Source of the DNA: Prochlorococcus sp. AG-409-I11
GTDB lineage: Bacteria > Cyanobacteriota > Cyanobacteriia > PCC-6307 > Cyanobiaceae
Direction: 5' to 3'
Assembly: GCA_003215725.1 (NCBI GenBank)
Contig: QCJX01000002.1
Coordinates: 32,249 to 96,248 of the forward strand
Length of the DNA stretch: 64,000 nucleotides
Shown here: positions 62,784 to 64,000 of the stretch, piece after piece
Layout of the letters: each line of letters begins with the position of its first letter
Position numbering within the stretch: position 1 is the first letter of the stretch
Translations under genes and position numbers: made by a program
The notes under the pieces: model-generated
Database searches by the model: none
Told to the model about the DNA's origin: nothing
Seen by the model: only the letters and a program-made list of their open reading frames with translations

Positions 62784-64000
62784 TTATTTTAAAAGAATTT
62801 GAGTAAGAGGTTTGTACAGACTACAAAATGCTTCTTCAAATCCGGCACTGTTTAGTATTTTATTTGAGTCGCATTGACTGCCAAAACATAGCTGCATTTC
62901 TTCCTTCTCACATTCACCAACTTGATTGAAAGTCCCATCCCAATTTTTTTGAAAAACTTCATTACCTTTTTCAGGGCTGAAGTGCCTTGCTTTTGCTAAG
63001 GCCCAACCACTCTGAGGAGGAATTGGCCAACATTGAGTTAATCCTTGAGTGGCGATTAACTCTAAGTCCTCTAAGTAGAGCCTGGCTAGGTCCCGAGGAA
63101 TCGATTTCCACCTTAAGCTTATTTCATAGCTATTTCTTTTAGCTTTATGAGAGCTTCTTGATATAACAACAGTTTGATTAGGAGGGTTATCACATGAACA
63201 TGCCTTTAGATGACTTAGCCAACCTTCCATTACTGATTTTGGTTTTAAAAGACCAATCTCAATTATAAGTAGAATGTTTCCAGCGAAGAGTACTTCGGAA
63301 TTTGTATGTCTATTTTGGATGAGTTGTTTACTTACTGGACCTAATCTGGAAATAGTTGATAAAAGGCTAGTCCATCTTGAGTTTAATAAATCAACTTCAT
63401 TAAAGCGGGCTGCTTTAGGTGGCAATTTGGCTTGACCTAAATATAGTTCTGCCCAATCCACCTCAGATTTGTCGTCTAGCTTAATTTCTAGATCTAGATT
63501 TAAAGAATCGATTAAATCTTGGTAGTGCTCTTTAATTAAATTATACCTATCAAATTCATTGAAACTAAGAGGATCTAAATCTTGAATTTTATTATCCCAC
63601 TCTTTTGGGTTTAATTGTAATTGATTAAGCCAAACTTGTTGAGGATTCGTCAACCAATCTATAAGGAGTTGTTCGGAAATATTATTAATAAGACTTGAAT
63701 TTGGTTGGCTCCACGTTATTGGTAATGCTAGTCCCAAGGGTGATGGTGTTATTGCTTTGTCAAGCCATATACGTGCTTCCAAGTTTCTACGATCACAACT
63801 ATTTGGCGGTTGATTATTTTCAGGTAAGAAGTTTTTACGGTCTAAAGGGTTAAGCGGAGGTTTTCTTAATAAACCTTGGAGGGTTTGCCCCTCTAACTCG
63901 TTTTCTAAGAAACCTAACCACTGTTGAATAGGGTTTGAGGCTTCTAGCACTTCTCCAGTTTTTTCATCACGACAATTCCATGTAATCATTAAGTGTTGTC
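62784..64000 (-). CDS. recC: Exodeoxyribonuclease V gamma subunit. The C-terminal part is present and the gene runs off the right window edge.
   Basis: The reading frame stays open to position 64000 (..QHLMITWNC..). It lies upstream of recB-recD on the same strand. The assignment rests on synteny and size, not on a motif I can name. Confidence 0.6.
   Translation of the reverse strand, partial: QHLMITWNCRDEKTGEVLEASNPIQQWLGFLENELEGQTLQGLLRKPPLNPLDRKNFLPENNQPPNSCDRRNLEARIWLDKAITPSPLGLALPITWSQPNSSLINNISEQLLIDWLTNPQQVWLNQLQLNPKEWDNKIQDLDPLSFNEFDRYNLIKEHYQDLIDSLNLDLEIKLDDKSEVDWAELYLGQAKLPPKAARFNEVDLLNSRWTSLLSTISRLGPVSKQLIQNRHTNSEVLFAGNILLIIEIGLLKPKSVMEGWLSHLKACSCDNPPNQTVVISRSSHKAKRNSYEISLRWKSIPRDLARLYLEDLELIATQGLTQCWPIPPQSGWALAKARHFSPEKGNEVFQKNWDGTFNQVGECEKEEMQLCFGSQCDSNKILNSAGFEEAFCSLYKPLTQILLK

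Overview
This is a visibly AT-rich, very gene-dense chromosomal segment: about 55 protein genes, one tRNA, and many genes that overlap or abut. The encoded proteins mark it as a marine picocyanobacterium, most likely a Prochlorococcus-type genome. The markers are SasA, CyanoP/PsbP, an FNR without a CpcD domain, Zwf-OpcA, CrtL, CrtE, a CurT/CAAD-like protein, GH57 and MalQ.

The content is almost entirely core housekeeping:
- DNA metabolism: gyrA, recR, recC-recB-recD, and a second Dda-like helicase.
- Carbon and redox: zwf-opcA, petH, GH57, malQ, prs.
- Cofactors and isoprenoids: leuA, folD, crtE, crtL, cobB, bioB, lipA, uppS, cdsA.
- Proteostasis: clpC, pepN.
- Envelope: lysA-cdaA-uppS, a RodZ-like protein, an LCP-like protein.

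I saw no rRNA, CRISPR array, transposase, integrase, prophage, toxin-antitoxin genes or recognisable defence genes. I saw no compositional island either. I did not find a convincing undescribed multi-gene system.

The best leads are modest single-locus oddities:
- recR has no canonical start codon ahead of its conserved HhH motif.
- CdaA carries RHL instead of the canonical RHR motif.
- FNR has a hydrophobic N-terminal segment where phycobilisome-containing cyanobacteria have CpcD.
- crtE, a PAP2-like gene and a Dda-like helicase form an overlapping chain.
- bioB, a rhodanese gene and lipA cluster together.
- The recC/recB junction is interrupted by an unrelated methyltransferase gene.

Many ORF-track entries are antisense shadows of real genes and are not reported as features.
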